NCBI GenBank assembly: GCA_976551045.1
Contig: CDPCPM010000026.1
Coordinates: 5,890,001 to 5,954,000, forward strand
Source of the DNA: Glaucostegus cemiculus
Lineage: Eukaryota
Direction: 5' to 3'
DNA length: 64,000 bases
Shown one piece after another: positions 36,135 through 49,889 of the stretch. Position 1 is the first letter of the stretch, and each line of letters starts with the position of its first letter. Under the pieces are notes generated by a model, which made no database searches, was not told the DNA's origin, and worked only from the letters and a program-made list of their open reading frames with translations. Made by a program: the position numbers and the translations under genes.

Positions 36135-37548
36135 TGGGGCCCTGGCAGAGATTTTTGTATATTGAGGTACTGGAAGACAGGAGGATAGTTAATGGTGTGC
36201 TTTTACTTAAGGGCAGCAGGGATAAACCAGGGAACTACAGGCCGTTGAGCCTTACAGCAGTAGTGGCAAAGTTAATGGAAGAAATTCCAAGGAATAGGAT
36301 TTACTTGCATTTGGAAAGGCAAGAACAAATTAGGGATAGTCAGCATGGTTGTGTGCATAGGAAATCATGTCCCACGAGTTTTTATTTGAAGAGGTAACCA
36401 TGAGGATTGACAAGGGAAGGGTGGTAGGTGATATCTACATAGGCTATAGCAAGGTCTTTTACAAGAACCCACATGGTAGGCTGCTCTGGGAGGTTAGAAC
36501 ACCTGAGATTCAGGGTGAGCAAGTGAATTGGACAAAAAATTGGCTTCGTGGTATGAGGCAGTGTGTGGTAATGGAGAGTTGTTTCTTCAGATTGGAAACC
36601 TGTAACCAATGATCTGCGGCAGGGATTGATGCTGGGTCCATTGTTGTTTATCATATATATTAAAAGTTTGGATGAGAATGTAGGTGCCATGGTTACTAAG
36701 TCTGCAGATGACACCAAATAGAGGTATAGTAGGCAATGAAGAAGGTTGTCTAAGGTTACAACAAAATATTACATCAATTAGGAAAGTAGGCAAGGGACTA
36801 GCAGGTAGAACCTAACTCAGACAAGTGTGAAGTGATGCATCCAACAAGAGCAGGACGTCACTCTAAATGACAGGACCTTTGGGAGTGTTGCTGAACAGAG
36901 AGACCTTGGGCTACAAATACATAGTTCCCTGAAAGTGGCAACACGGGTAGAGAGGATGGTATTGAAGGTGTGTGGCACAGTTGCCTTCATCAGCTGAGGC
37001 ACTGAGTCCAAAAGTTGGGATGTCATGTTACAACTGTATATAACATTGGTTAGACTGCACTTGGAGCATTGTGTACAGTTCTGGTCACCACATGGCCAAA
37101 AAGACGTGATTAAGCGAGAGAAGATACAGAAAAGATTCACCAGGATGTTGCTGGGTCTGTTTTCCCTGGAGCAAAGAAGGGTGAGAGGTGACATGACAGA
37201 GGTATGTAAGGTTATGAGAGCTAGAGACAGGATAGATCGCCAGAGTCTGTTTTCCATAGTATGTCTGTCTGAAACTATGGGGCATGGGTTTAAGACAAAA
37301 AGGAGGAGGTTTAAAAGACACCTAAGGGGTAAATTGTTCACACAAAAAGGAGATGGTACCTGGAATGAGCTGTCAGAGAAGGTGGTGGGTACTGGAACAG
37401 TAACAACATTTAAGAGGCACCTGGACAGGTTTCTGAATGAGCAAGGCATAAAGGGGTATGGATTTAATGCAGGCAAGTGGGATTAGTATAGATGGGCATG
37501 ATGGTCAACATAGATATGGTGAGCTGAAGGGTCTGTGGCTCTATAACT
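36135..37548 (+). mobile_element. CR1 LINE, RT domain to 3' end, frameshifted
   Basis: It contains PGNYRPLSLTAVVAKLME..SQHG, PHGRLL, SADDTK and LVRLHLEHCVQFWSP...TFKRHLDRFLN (ORFs 36134, 36367, 37025). Confidence 0.95.
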
Positions 37549-39892
37549 GATAATTCCTAGAAGTTAATTAAATCATTAATCTGAAATAAAAATACATAAA
37601 CCATTCACTCACACTTGTTTTTTCACTCAGAGTCATGTAAATGGATTGTGCTACTAATAATGGTTGACATAAAGCTGAGGGATCAGATGTAAAGTGCATG
37701 CAGATCCTCTGTCCAGTACACCAGTGTTCTGCTGCTGGCCTCTGCTGTGTTCACTGTTGGAGAGGAAGATCAGATGTGCCACCCTCTGATCTCCAGTTCA
37801 CCTACTACTTCAGTGCTCCAAAGTGTAGGTGAGTAAGTCAGGGACAGGAAAGAAGAGAACACTGGCATTTCCCAAAGGACAATTGGCCAAAGGTGAATCC
37901 AATCCAGCCTAGTGAAATAGGAAACTCCTGAATTTGTGCATTATATTGTAGGTACTTCGGCTGATTCACTTTACTATCACTTGCTGTTTAAACTGAAGAA
38001 TACAAATAAATAGGTAATCCTAGTGGATATATAGTTAGCTGATATGTGTTGTATGAGGGCCAACATGTGCCCTCCTAAACATTAAATTTTACAACCATTA
38101 CAGTTACAAAGGCATTGCATTCTTAATGATTTATGGTATATGTCCAGGTGGATTTCTGTGTCAGATTTGTCACAATCTGTGTATATCAGTGGAACAAAGC
38201 TGCTGCTATGATCAGCAATTAGTCCTTGAAACTGTGGAGATTGGCAAGAGGGAAATACAAACAAAGAAAAGATAATCACTGAATAGGAATACAGTCTTTA
38301 GTTCAATATTGTAGCATATGTAAAGCCGTAAAAACTTGTGGCATTCAATCTTGAGGCAATTAGGCAATTTTGACCTCAAATTTTGCCTCATGGTAATGGG
38401 AGAATATTTGATGAAAATCCTCACCATAGTTAACTTAAAGCTCCGGTGATTTTAATATTAATGATTCATTCTTTCACAAAGTAAATATATATGCAGGAGT
38501 CAAAAGCACCCACCTGATTTGCACAAGGAAATACAAGGCAAGAAAAGGTCTAGATATTAAAGTGCATCCCATTGGGTGTGGTGGGTGGTAGAAGTAACAC
38601 CAAAGTAACATCTGCTTCAACTATAGCAGCCTCTGCTCAATTCAATAATGCCTGAGACCCACAGGTATATCTCATGTGCCACTGCAAGAGCTATGCTTAT
38701 TTTGTGCATTAAGAATGTCTAGCTGAGACCAGGTCTAGGGTGGGGCTGATGACCAGTTGGAAGTGTGGGAGCTGGGGGAGAGGCAGAATGAGGCTGGGGT
38801 TGGGTAGGCGAGCAAGGCAAGTTGCCAGGGGAGGAGAGTCTGCAAACAGGATTGGAGGTTGCATAAATTGTCTGAAACCAGGGTGTTTGGGAGAAGGGAG
38901 AGGGAGAAGGATGGGGGTGAGGAGATGGAATCAAGCAAGAATGTGCTGAGAGAGGAGAAGGTGTCTGGAACCCATTTAGTTAGTGGGGGGAGGTCAAGCT
39001 GGTGGCAGCCAGATATTGATTGGAGGGGTGGGGGGACTAGGTGAATGTGGAGGTTCCATTGTAAGCTCCAACAGGTTTGGAGCTGGGAGTGAGACTGCTG
39101 GATCAGGGCAACTTAAGTTAAGAGCAAGATTAGTACATTGAGAGCAGGACGAGGCTGTGTGTTGGGAGAGAGGTCGGCAGATCAGAGTGGAGGGCGAGGT
39201 GCCCAAAGGTAACGTACATTACAGAAGTCCTGATCAAGCACGGTGCTGTGATGACCTATGTGTCCCCAGAATGCCATGAACAATTGGGCTAATTTCTTCC
39301 TCAGTGCTCCCTATAAAGTTTTGTACGGAGAATGATGACGTCCCTGTAAAATTGACATGGAATTCACATCAACCACTCCAGAGTCAAACAAAACAACCTG
39401 CAATTGGTCATTCTCCCTTTTCGCTACCAGAAGAATCCATTTTCTATAACAAAGCCATGATACTTTGAATGTATTTACCTGAAAGCCAGACAAATATTTA
39501 AGAGAGGCTGCAACTCATTTATCAATCCTCCAATGCTCTCACAAAGAGTATAACGTGATTTAAAAAAAAGGAAGGTGCTGCTGGAAAAGCCTTGGGCCTA
39601 GTGATGAATACAGAGCAGGTTAGACAAGGCATAATGGGGGGAGAGGAGTGGAGGGCTTGGAAGTTGCAAGACTATAATTGGGAAGAATTATGTTTCAGAA
39701 TTTGTGCAAAGTTCCCGGGGGATTGCTGAATGCCATCGATCTCAAGCACTCTTCCTGTAGTCAGTGGAGACAGAGCTGAAGAGAAGGGTTTCCCACACCA
39801 GGAATTTCTTTGGCCACTTTTCACTCAAGTATTTGGGTTGATCCTCCCAATCAGAGAGCTGAACAGAAGGGGGTGGAGCCCAAATTCCCCAG

Positions 39893-40592
39893 GTTGTAAT
39901 TGATAATTGTTTATTATTGTCATGTGTACCAAGATATAGTGAAAAGCTTTTGTTTGCATGCCATCCAGACAGATTATTGCATACATACTCTAAGTACATT
40001 GAGGTCGTGCAAAAGGAAAACAACAACAGAATGCAAAATATAGTGTTACAGTAACAGAGAAAGTGTAATGCAAGTCGACAAACAAGGTGCAAGGGCCATG
40101 ACGAGGTAGTTTGAGAGATCAAAAGTTCGTATTTGTTGCACAAGAGGTCCATTCAAGAGTCTTATGACAGTGGGATAAAAGCTGTCCTTGAGCCTGGTGC
40201 TACATGTTCTTAAGCTTTTATATCTTTTTCCCACTGGAAGGGGAGAGAAGAGAGAATAACTGGAGTGCGAGGGGAATTGGTTCTGTTGGCTGCTTTCCCA
40301 AGGCAGCGGGAAGTGTAGACAGAGTCCGTGGAGGGGAGGCTGGTTTTCGTGTTAGACTGGACTGTGTTCACAGCTCTCTGCAATTGTTTGCAGTTTTGGG
40401 CAGAGTAGTTGCTGTACCAAGCTTTGATGCATCTGTAAAAGTTGGTGAGGGTCATTGAGGACATGCTGAATTTGCTTAGACTTCTGAGGAAGTAGATGCA
40501 CTGGTGTGCTTTCGTGGTTATAGTGTCTATGTGGTGGGACCAGGACAAGTTGTTGATGATGTTTACACCTGGGAACTTGAAGCTCTTCATCT
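39893..40592 (-). mobile_element. Rex1/Babar-type LINE 3' portion
   Basis: ORF 40210..40635 reads SFKFPGVNIINNLSWSHHID..TKAHQCIYFLRSL.KF......TNFYRC...WY...SAQ..KQLQR.V, the DUF1891-like RT C-terminus. ORF 40046..40234 adds GKRYKSLR..STRLKDSFYP. Confidence 0.9.
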
Positions 40593-40856
40593 GGAAGACC
40601 CTCAATTCCTTTTGGCAAGTGTTTGAATTGGCCAATGTAAAAAAAATCCAATCATTGTGGATTTCTTCGGTACTGGTAGCAACTATGGGAGTGATGTGAT
40701 TAAACTTGTTTAATCACTCCCACATATTAAAACCTTGGATATCAGAAAAAGCATTTGCATTTGGGCCACTACACTCTAAGGTAAAGAAGCTTGTTTATAG
40801 ACTCTGTTTATCTGGTATTTGTATTTCTCCAGTGAACTCTGTAATATTTCAGACAA

Positions 40857-40990
40857 ACATATGGACAGACAAATTAGGAACAAGAGTAGGCCACTCAGCC
40901 CCTCTGTACTGCCATTTATTAAGATCATGGTTGATTTAATTGTAACCTCAGTTCTGCAACCTTGTCTACATTGATTGCATTGTTTCACCT
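40857..40990 (-). mobile_element. CR1 3' tail
   Basis: aattaggaacaagagtaggccactcagcccct...aagatcatggttgat is homologous to 16515-16585. Confidence 0.65.
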
Positions 40991-43900
40991 CACAAAGGCC
41001 AATCTCTGTAGCTTGTTAGAATGTTTGCCCTTGGATATAATGTGAACTCCAGTTATGGGGAATTTTCTTGTTACTTGGAATAAAGCTGAGTTCCTGCTGG
41101 TAGACAGTGAGTGTAATAGTAAGTAAGTACTAGAGCTTCCATGGAGCTCAATGGAGCATTATTATAAGATTGTGTATAGTGAAGATTAAATGATCATGTT
41201 CATTTGTTCACCAACATTAACTTAATCCATTAAAAAAACATTTTTTATAGATTTAAAGAATCATGCAAGACACTAAACAGGTCAATACATTTTATAAAAG
41301 GGACTGATTTAATTTTTCCAATACTCAGATATTATTAGTTTGATTGAGTGAGGAATTTGACATCACAATGGACATCAGGGTGAAGAGGAGTGGAAACACA
41401 AAATAAAGTAGCGAAGATCATGGAACAATGGAGGATATTTAATGGAGGCTGATAATTTTAAATCAGATATAGTCTTTCACCTTTAACATAACTGAAGTAT
41501 GGTAATGAGCTGTTTTCTAGGAGACTATCATGTTTACTCGACTGCAATAATATAGCATTTGATTCTATATGTGCATTGATTGGGGAATATTGTGTAGTTT
41601 TTGTGATAACTAAAAATGTAATTCCATGCTAAGAAAGTGTGACAACATATTAGAATGTTAGATACTCAGTTGTTCAAAAATGGTAAATCCACAATATATT
41701 CTGGTATCATTATCATTGTACGAATTTGACAAAACACAATGATGTCTGAAGTATAACACGCTTTATTCAATGTTATGTCTAACTTGTGTCTGTCCCAAGT
41801 AGTATCAGGATTTGATTAAGTCTGAAATTTGACCTTGGGAACTAAACAGGGCCTGTTATTGCCAAAGCCTGCTTGTGATTTGGAAGAAAGTAAGTTTCGA
41901 CGGCAGGTGTTAAAACATCTTAAGAAGTAAGTGTTGCATGACTGGGCAAAAGGCAAGAACATCACATTGCTACAGAGAATGCCTTGATATGAACCTTATG
42001 TTTCATTTTGCACCAGCACAATAGGAAAAAACACCAGTGGAACAAACCTATAGATATCCTTATTATCTTTTCTTTTTATCAATCTCATTTGAGTGTAATA
42101 ATAATTTTAGTTTTCTTGATTAGCATTGTACTTGTCCATGGATTCATTTGGATCAATTTGCAGCCAGAGCCTAGGACCAGGAGTATCTGTTACTCAAGCA
42201 AAGATCAAAGTAATGAGGTTGCCAAGCATTATGGAAACATTTAGCAGCCGGCATATGTTAATTATGGATTTGCAGAACTGGTTGTAGGACTAGAACTTGC
42301 ATCACTGCATGTGCCATTGGACTGGTAAAGATTTCAGTACAAGTTGCTCTGCATAAATAATTAGCACTTTTATGAGTTTTGGGGCAGAGCTGGGTTGCGG
42401 TGAGGAATCTAATTGTCAAAGCTTTTGTAACGGCTTCCCATGCACTCAGTTTTGAACTGCTACCCCAACACCTCCAGTTTATTAAAAACCAATGTGAATT
42501 GATGTGATGGTGAAGCCTGCTACTATATGTGCCTTATTCACACCCCACTCCTCCAACCCTCCACATCTGTTAAAATATACTGCCACTTTTCAAAGTTGTA
42601 ATGAAAAATGAAACCAACCAAGTTCCAGATTCTAAGTTAAGGTGGAAAAGATGAGCATGAGCTGGTCTGTGGTGATCTGAACTTGTTTTCACGTTTATTT
42701 GTTTCAGGATGCCCATGTGACTGGTTGCATTTGGAAGCTTATCTAAACCACACGATTATGTAAATACTCCATTAGTTTCTTCACCAACTAACTGCTGGGA
42801 TGAAGATGAAAGGGAGGCAATCCTGTCTTTTTAATTAAACCATTTTTACCTCAGAGCACCGAAGTTATGAAGGAGTAATGAATTTGACCATTTGAGTTAT
42901 TATTTCACATAAAATGCAAAAGAAATACGGCGTAATGAGTGAAATATCTATTATATTGAGAGGTGATTTCAGGGCTAAAACCAGAATATGTAAGATATAC
43001 ACAACAGTACAGCCAACACCCATGTAAAGAATTGACTTGATATGGATGCCTGCTGGAATCCCCAATTTCAGAATTATTTTCTGTGTTTTTGTTTTGCTAT
43101 ATACTGGTATGTATGAGCTTCATTTAAATACATTGACAGAACATGTCAGAACTAGACATGGTTATAGATTCTGAAGTATCATAGTTTACAGTTCCAAAAG
43201 GAATCTTTGTATCTTACTTCTATCAGCATTATTTACACCGACCATAATTTATGGGAATAATTTTAGTATCTACTTTTGACCAGAAGCAGATGCCTGTGTT
43301 CTCTGTACATACATTTCTTCAATATCTCTGCCAAGTTAAGCACAGCTAACACTTTGTCAGATATGAATTAATTTGAATTATTAAGCTTTTTCATTCGATA
43401 CTGAACTAAGTTCAATAATAAAGCTTGCAACCACAAATACCAAAATAATAAATTCTCCATGCTTTCTGATCAATAGGTTATATTGCTTAACTTAAACTAA
43501 TTTGTAACTCTCCCGGCATTGTATCCCCTCTGCAGCTGTTCACTGCACCTTGTTGCTTTGCAACTTTCAAAAAATGTTAAGTGTGTCTTACCACACATGC
43601 AAGAACATCTGGTTTCTTGAATGTTTAAAAACATTGGCTCCATTTTATATCATGCTCAGCAGATTCAACAGACCCATGAGCACTTTATAAATGCAGCCCA
43701 ACACCCCACTGGCATAATGTAACTTCCACTTTCATATATATGTGAACTGAGTTGAGTTAAGCAGTTCATATTCGCCTAGGTGACGACTTTAACTGCTGTG
43801 TTTTCAGCAGACTCAAGATTGTCTGCTACAAGCCTCCAGGGTGAAGTCACATGTTTGGGACCAACACAATTACTTCAATCCCAGCACAATTTTAACCATT

Positions 43901-46179
43901 GATTTTAACAGGAACACCCAGTACTAGAGGAGCTAGTGAAGGGGTCAGGCAGGAATGTGTCTTTGGTGGCTCAAGTAAGATTAAACTTCAGTCCTCTCAA
44001 TCCTACGACAGAACTTGTGCCTTCCCTGTTGCAGGATTTCCTTCTCCAATATAACCATGGTTAGTTTTATCTGATCCCCATTCCTTGTCTGATCTTTCTT
44101 TATTTTGAAGAATGTCTTCTCTGCTTTACCTCTGGAAATTGAGCAGAAAAATCCCAAGGAAAGACAATAGTTGAGGTGGGCTGAGGTGAAGGGGTGAGGT
44201 GGGCTGAGGGATGGGGTGTCAGCGACAGGGTGAGGTCTAGTATCACAATTTGTGATAACTTGTTTGACTTGAGATAAGAACCAGACATCAGGGTCCAGAA
44301 ATGAGCAACAATCGAAAGAACAGGCTTTGCATTGAGAACATGCATTGAGTCAAGGAATGGGAATAACAATTAGAGCCAACAATGTACAATAAAAACAATG
44401 GGAAACAGCTGAGCAGAATTAAGTGGTTCCAAGGAGAATAGCAAGCAAAGGACAAATTGGCTTTAGGCTGTGACTGAGAAGTAAGGGCTTTATAAACAAA
44501 ACAAATTTAAATAAGCAGTGCCAGAAACAAAGATGGAACAATTGTTGAAAGCCGAGTCAGGAAGAACCATACATTGAGGTTGAGTAGCAATACTAAAGTG
44601 TATAGTTGATTGGAGTCTCCTTCAGTGACTGTGTCAGCTGGAAGGCAGAAAGAAGTGTAACGTCATTGACCACAGTTGGGAGGTCTGCATTTCGAGTTGA
44701 CTAATTATAAGTATTAGAGCATTTAATTAAAAACCCCAGCAGAAATGCTAGAAATGACCAAACCATTGCCAAGGTAAGAAGTGTGACAACATAACTTTAC
44801 ACAGGTGCAAGACATTTTGTCCCAGCTAATAATTAGTGCATGCTATGGTAATTACATTTTATTCTTTTGAAATATGAGAGTTTTACTATATTTGATGTCC
44901 AGTTTCAGTTTGGAGCCAAATGATGTTTAATACTAAATTTGGATATTGGATTCCATTATGACTTTTCAATTAGATATTACATTGAAGATAATTTGAATTA
45001 TATTATAGGGAAATTCCACATACAGTACATATTATGTATATTTCTGAAATTGTTTTCAGCTATGTTTGTTTTCAAACATAATTGTGCATATAAATAATAC
45101 ATAATTATTTTCACTTGAAAACATAAAATTAAAAAAATCAATGATTAATTGACCATGAATTTCAGCTGACCATAGGTGAATACAATTATTTTCTGAATAA
45201 TCACAGAACCAGAGGTAAACTCTAGTCTTGGAGCATCTTCATGCATGGCAGTGTATTCCAGAGTGGTTCATAAAAGGTTATCACCTAGGAAACATGTTTT
45301 TCCTAAGCAAAAGTTAAATATTCAAGCCAGTGCACCATAGACATTTAATTTAGTCAGTCAACCCAAACATATTAATATTTTAACATAATCCAATGAGAAT
45401 AAATTTTTTTTATCACGTTTCATATGAACATTATGGAAAGGAGGGAAAATCTTGAAAACAAAATAGTCCAGCATACTGAATAAGGTTAGTATTAAGTGGC
45501 CTATTTAATGTTTCTGGCATTTTGTAGCCCTGGGGATTCTGTGGATGGATTTAACAATCAAGCTTCATGCTCCCTTGGTCACAAAGTTCCAGAAACAAAA
45601 AAATAATCTATACTTCCAAGCTGACAAATCTTAGTCGACACTGAGCTCCATCTCAATGGGACTTTCTATATCAGCATTAATCATGTGTTACATGAAACAT
45701 TATGAAAGTAAATCTCACATGGCTAAAACTGAGATGGAAGGTATTTGGTTAAAGATTTTCATCAATTATATGGAGTATAATGGTAGCTAGTCATTGCTTT
45801 TATTTCTATGACTACAACACTGGAACCATGAATTTTAACTAAACTGTTTCTGGAAAAGTCATCAAACAATCTTTGGACAACACATTTGCTGATTTGGTTC
45901 ATGTTACTAAAATTCTTATTCATCTGTAGAGTTGCTGTAGAATACAATTGGCACTAAATCATAACAGTTTATTTTTACGTGCATGAATCCAGTTGCAACA
46001 GTTTTTATTCTTTAACCTACAAACCTAAAACTCCTAGTTTATCTCTTTCACTATTTCTTGTTCACTCTAGATTTCTGCTAGCAATGCTGTAGGCAGCTAA
46101 TGTTATCTTTCAATTGTTTTTACTCACATGAGGCAATGTATGCCCTCCATTCAATAATTTGGACCTAAAACAAACTTAA

Positions 46180-46370
46180 AAGTAGAAGCAGGAGTAGTCC
46201 ATTCACACTATCCTGCCTGCTGTGCCATTCAGTAAGCTCATGGCTGATTTATTTTTAAACTCAGTACCATTTAACTCTTCTAGCTTGATCCCCTTAATAG
46301 CTAAAAATCTATTGACCTTTGCTCGAATATACTCAGCAAATGAGCCTCCACAATCCCCTTGCTTAGAGAG
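46180..46370 (-). mobile_element. CR1 3' tail
   Basis: gaagcaggagtagtccattc...gccattcagtaagctcatggctgat is homologous to 16515-16700. Confidence 0.65.
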
Positions 46371-47877
46371 GTGGTGCCAGAGGTTTGGAGTACTGCTAAG
46401 CTTGTACAGTTGTTCAAAAAGGCAAGCAGCAATAAACTAAAAATAAAAGGTAGTTAGTTTAACTTTGGTGGTGAATATATTGTTGGAATTCATCTTAACT
46501 GTGTAACTTCAAGGCCTGTGGAAGACAGCCCAAGTTTTTACTCAAGCAAGGTAACTGATGGCAGAAAGAGTTATTACATTTCCAATGAGGCTCAGATTGC
46601 TAGAATACGATTTGACAAAGACTTTTGTTTGGGTTTTAATGGACCTCCTGTCGATCTTAGGGGAGCAAAATATTGCTTTGACTTTCTGTCTCCAATCCCC
46701 AACACATCCAAGCAATTTGTCAGAACTATAGGCTCTTGGAATTTGAGGGCACTATGATATACTATTTGTAGCGTCATCTCTTAAATTTAGGCATAGTAAA
46801 TTCTGAATCACAGTTTACAAATCCCAAACAACTAAGCAATTCTTCCTTTGACCTAATTGTAAAATTGGACTGATTTTCCTTTGTTAACACAACCTACCTT
46901 TGAATTGAATTCAGTTGTTTATTACACCGATGAAGCATTAAAAATATGGAAATATGACACATAAAACTTGCACCTTATTTTTTTACAACTGTTTCTTTAA
47001 CTTGGATTTTTGATGAAGTTACAATCAGTGTGCAATTTACAGGGTAGTAGTGTGCTGCATCATTTAAAATATTATGGAGGAAATCAACAAGAGAAGTTTA
47101 TTCCCAAGTTATTAATTGGCAACTGTATTCAGAAAATGTTTTAAAATGTATGCATTAGCTTATCATTCGTGACACATGCACTTTGTTAAAAAGAGGGTGA
47201 CAGTGATTTCTACAAGGACTAACTAAATGTGAGTTGCAATCCTAAATAGTTTATGCTATATACCAGGAGCTCACTTTTCTGGAGGCAGTGGCAATGGTAT
47301 TACATCTTTGTGTTTGTTGGATGTCATCAAATCTAATGAAACTCTGCACTTCATAAGGACGATAAAACACAAGAGAATCTGTAAAATTGGCTTATTCTAT
47401 TCCATCTATGTTCCTCTATCAGTCCTGAGAGTGATAGCCACACCATTTAACATTCTTCATTGTAAAAGACTTAAAGTGTTGGGCAATGGAGTATCTTTCT
47501 GCTTTCACATTCCAACACCTTGGACCCTCAGGAATTTCATATCAGTTCACATTAAGAAAATGTTTTTTTAAGTTAAATTCAACACAGATTTCGTTAAATC
47601 CACAATACAGAGCTTCCAGGAATGTGGATTAGACCTCAAGAAATATCTGTATGGAATGTTGCTCCCCTCCTGTTTCTGTACATTCATTCCTGTGAGCAGA
47701 GCAGGGTTTAATTGCATGGTTCAGTATACTATAAGGATTTTCTTTTAAGATTGATACAAACATAAATACCACTTGCTTGTAAAGTGTAACAGAAATGAAT
47801 GTCACTTCACCTGAGTAGGTACTTACTTGAAGATAAGAGAACAAGCATGTATGATCAAAGACCAATAAAAACTACTT

Positions 47878-48510
47878 CCATTTAGATGGTGTCTTTGACA
47901 TTGCAAAATCCATCAAGGCACTTTATAAGACTATGAACAGCAAGGTTTGATGGTAAGAACCCTAGAAAACTTTGGAATGGATGAACAAAAATTTTGTCAA
48001 AGAGCAGGGTTTTAAGAAGTGTCTTAAAGGAGGAAAGAGGTGTGGAGAGGAAATTCAGGAGCAGAAACAATGGTGGAGCAATTAAATTTGAAAATGAACA
48101 TCAAGCCAGAACTAAAGAATCACAGATATCTCTGAATTAATGTGCTGACTAAGGTTATTGAGTAGGGTGAGACATGCCATTGGAGGGTCTGGAACTAAAG
48201 GGTGAGAATTCTCACTCTTGATGTTGGTTAACCAGGAAGTAAATGTGGATCAGTATAACAGGCTGATTGGAAATTGAAGCTGATGTGAGTTAGGACATGA
48301 GTTTGGAATGGCCAAGTGAGATTTTAAAGGTTGGGGATCGAGGAAGGACAACCCAGGCAATTCCAGAAGGAACAAATGCACACATGAAGCTTCCAGCAAT
48401 AAGTAAAATAAGACAGTGGTTTACAGAGGTGGAAGAAGGCAGTCTTCGAGATGATGGGTTAGAAGTTTTTGAACTCCACATGATACCAGAGTTATGAACA
48501 TTATCCAAAT
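47878..48510 (-). mobile_element. L2 LINE 3' portion, decayed
   Basis: ORF 47882..48070 contains STPLSSFKTLLKTLLF, the L2 C-terminal SL..FK..LKT.LF motif. Confidence 0.65.
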
Positions 48511-48564
48511 CACAGAAGAAGGACTTTTATTGTTACGACCCTTGAATCTGAGCCAGAAAGACTT

Positions 48565-48785
48565 GCAATTTGAACAGGACCTTTCATGACAAAGGGATGG
48601 CCCAAGGACTTTTATAGCTAAATAATGGCAGTTGTAGTTGTATCATAGAGAAACACACCAGCTAATTTGAAGCAAGATCCCACAAAGCACATGTTGGTGT
48701 TGACCGAGGGATCATTTTTATCTTGTACTGAGTTCCCAAGGTTTCCTTCAAACAGTGTCATGGGATCGTTTATCTACAGCAGGGA
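48565..48785 (-). mobile_element. Deu-domain SINE fragment
   Basis: cagctaatttgaagcaagatcccacaaa...cttcaaacagtgtcatgggatcgtttatctac parallels 32225-32365. Confidence 0.5.
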
Positions 48786-49889
48786 GGAGAGGTGGGGCTT
48801 TGGTGGAACATTGGGAAAAGTGAACCAGGGATTGCTTAATGAGAGATGTTAAACCTGAGAAAGTACCTAATTCAGAGCCAAAATTTATAACATATGGATA
48901 AAATAATTCCTGACTATTTATTAAACAATTGTTTAGAAAATTGAGAATTGCCATGCCTGGGACTAATAAAGGCTTCAAACTCCATTACAATTTTCATTTA
49001 CAAAATAATTTACAATACCAGATAAATGCGTTGTTATATTCACAGTGGAATTGGGAAATATATTCAATAGATAGAGTGCCTCAGGCATAATTATTTATTC
49101 ACCACTTGGGAGCCATTTATTGCTTTTGTAAACTGTAACTCTGATTTTGTTTCAGTGATCTTACCCTAGATTGAAGTTCAGTAATATCGGAAGTCAAAAC
49201 TACAGAAGACAATGACCTTGAAAACATAGAAACTATTCTTAAAACAAGCTTTGTTCTAAATTTGGTTTGTGAGGTGGGTTTTGCTCTGCTATCCTTTCCC
49301 AAATTAGGTGGGATGGCAGTCAGATCACTGGAGAAAATAAAGCAATGAGTTCAACTGTTATGCCTTTCCCTGATTTTCACTTCTCACCACTGAACAACCC
49401 TTGCCTGAACATCACATTCAGTGCCAGCAGGGATACAAGACCTGCCTCCTCCCATCTGCCCTTCTCACCACTACTTCCTGCAATGGACAGCAAAAGCCCT
49501 TCAGCAGTAACTTCTCCATGGGTTGAATCCGTATGCCACTGCCAGCATTTACCCTTATAACCATGCAGAAGTTTTGAACCTCCACACAGAAAACTATTGA
49601 ACTTCAACACAACCAATCACTGGGGATTCCCTGATTACACTCCAGTGTTGAATGCTAGATGGAATCCAGTGCAGACTTTCACGTTTTCCAGCACTTCCAC
49701 TGGGAATCGGCATGATGTTCCCACACTAATTAATACCCACTGCAGGAATAACTACCCTAGCTACAATGGAGAAGGACAAATGCCTAGAAATTTGTATTGG
49801 GAGAAGTATGGTGAAACATTGTTATTTACAATAACTCCATGCAAAGCTTCTGTGGTTCCTGTACGAGGACATCCATATTTCTCTGAACA

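Noticed and set aside
36817-37476. 219-aa minus-strand ORF
   Set aside because: It is the antisense shadow of CR1 ORF2.
37717-37834. Possible plus-strand exon (ctgtccag ... TAG|GTGAGT)
   Set aside because: The splice signals are plausible, but the peptides are unrecognisable and such pairs arise by chance in 64 kb.
38730-39230. G-rich segment with several overlapping ORFs
   Set aside because: Low-complexity purine-rich DNA explains the open frames. It is probably an old repeat interior that I cannot assign.
42708-42765. Possible small exon after tttatttgtttcag
   Set aside because: The donor is weak and there is no recognisable product.
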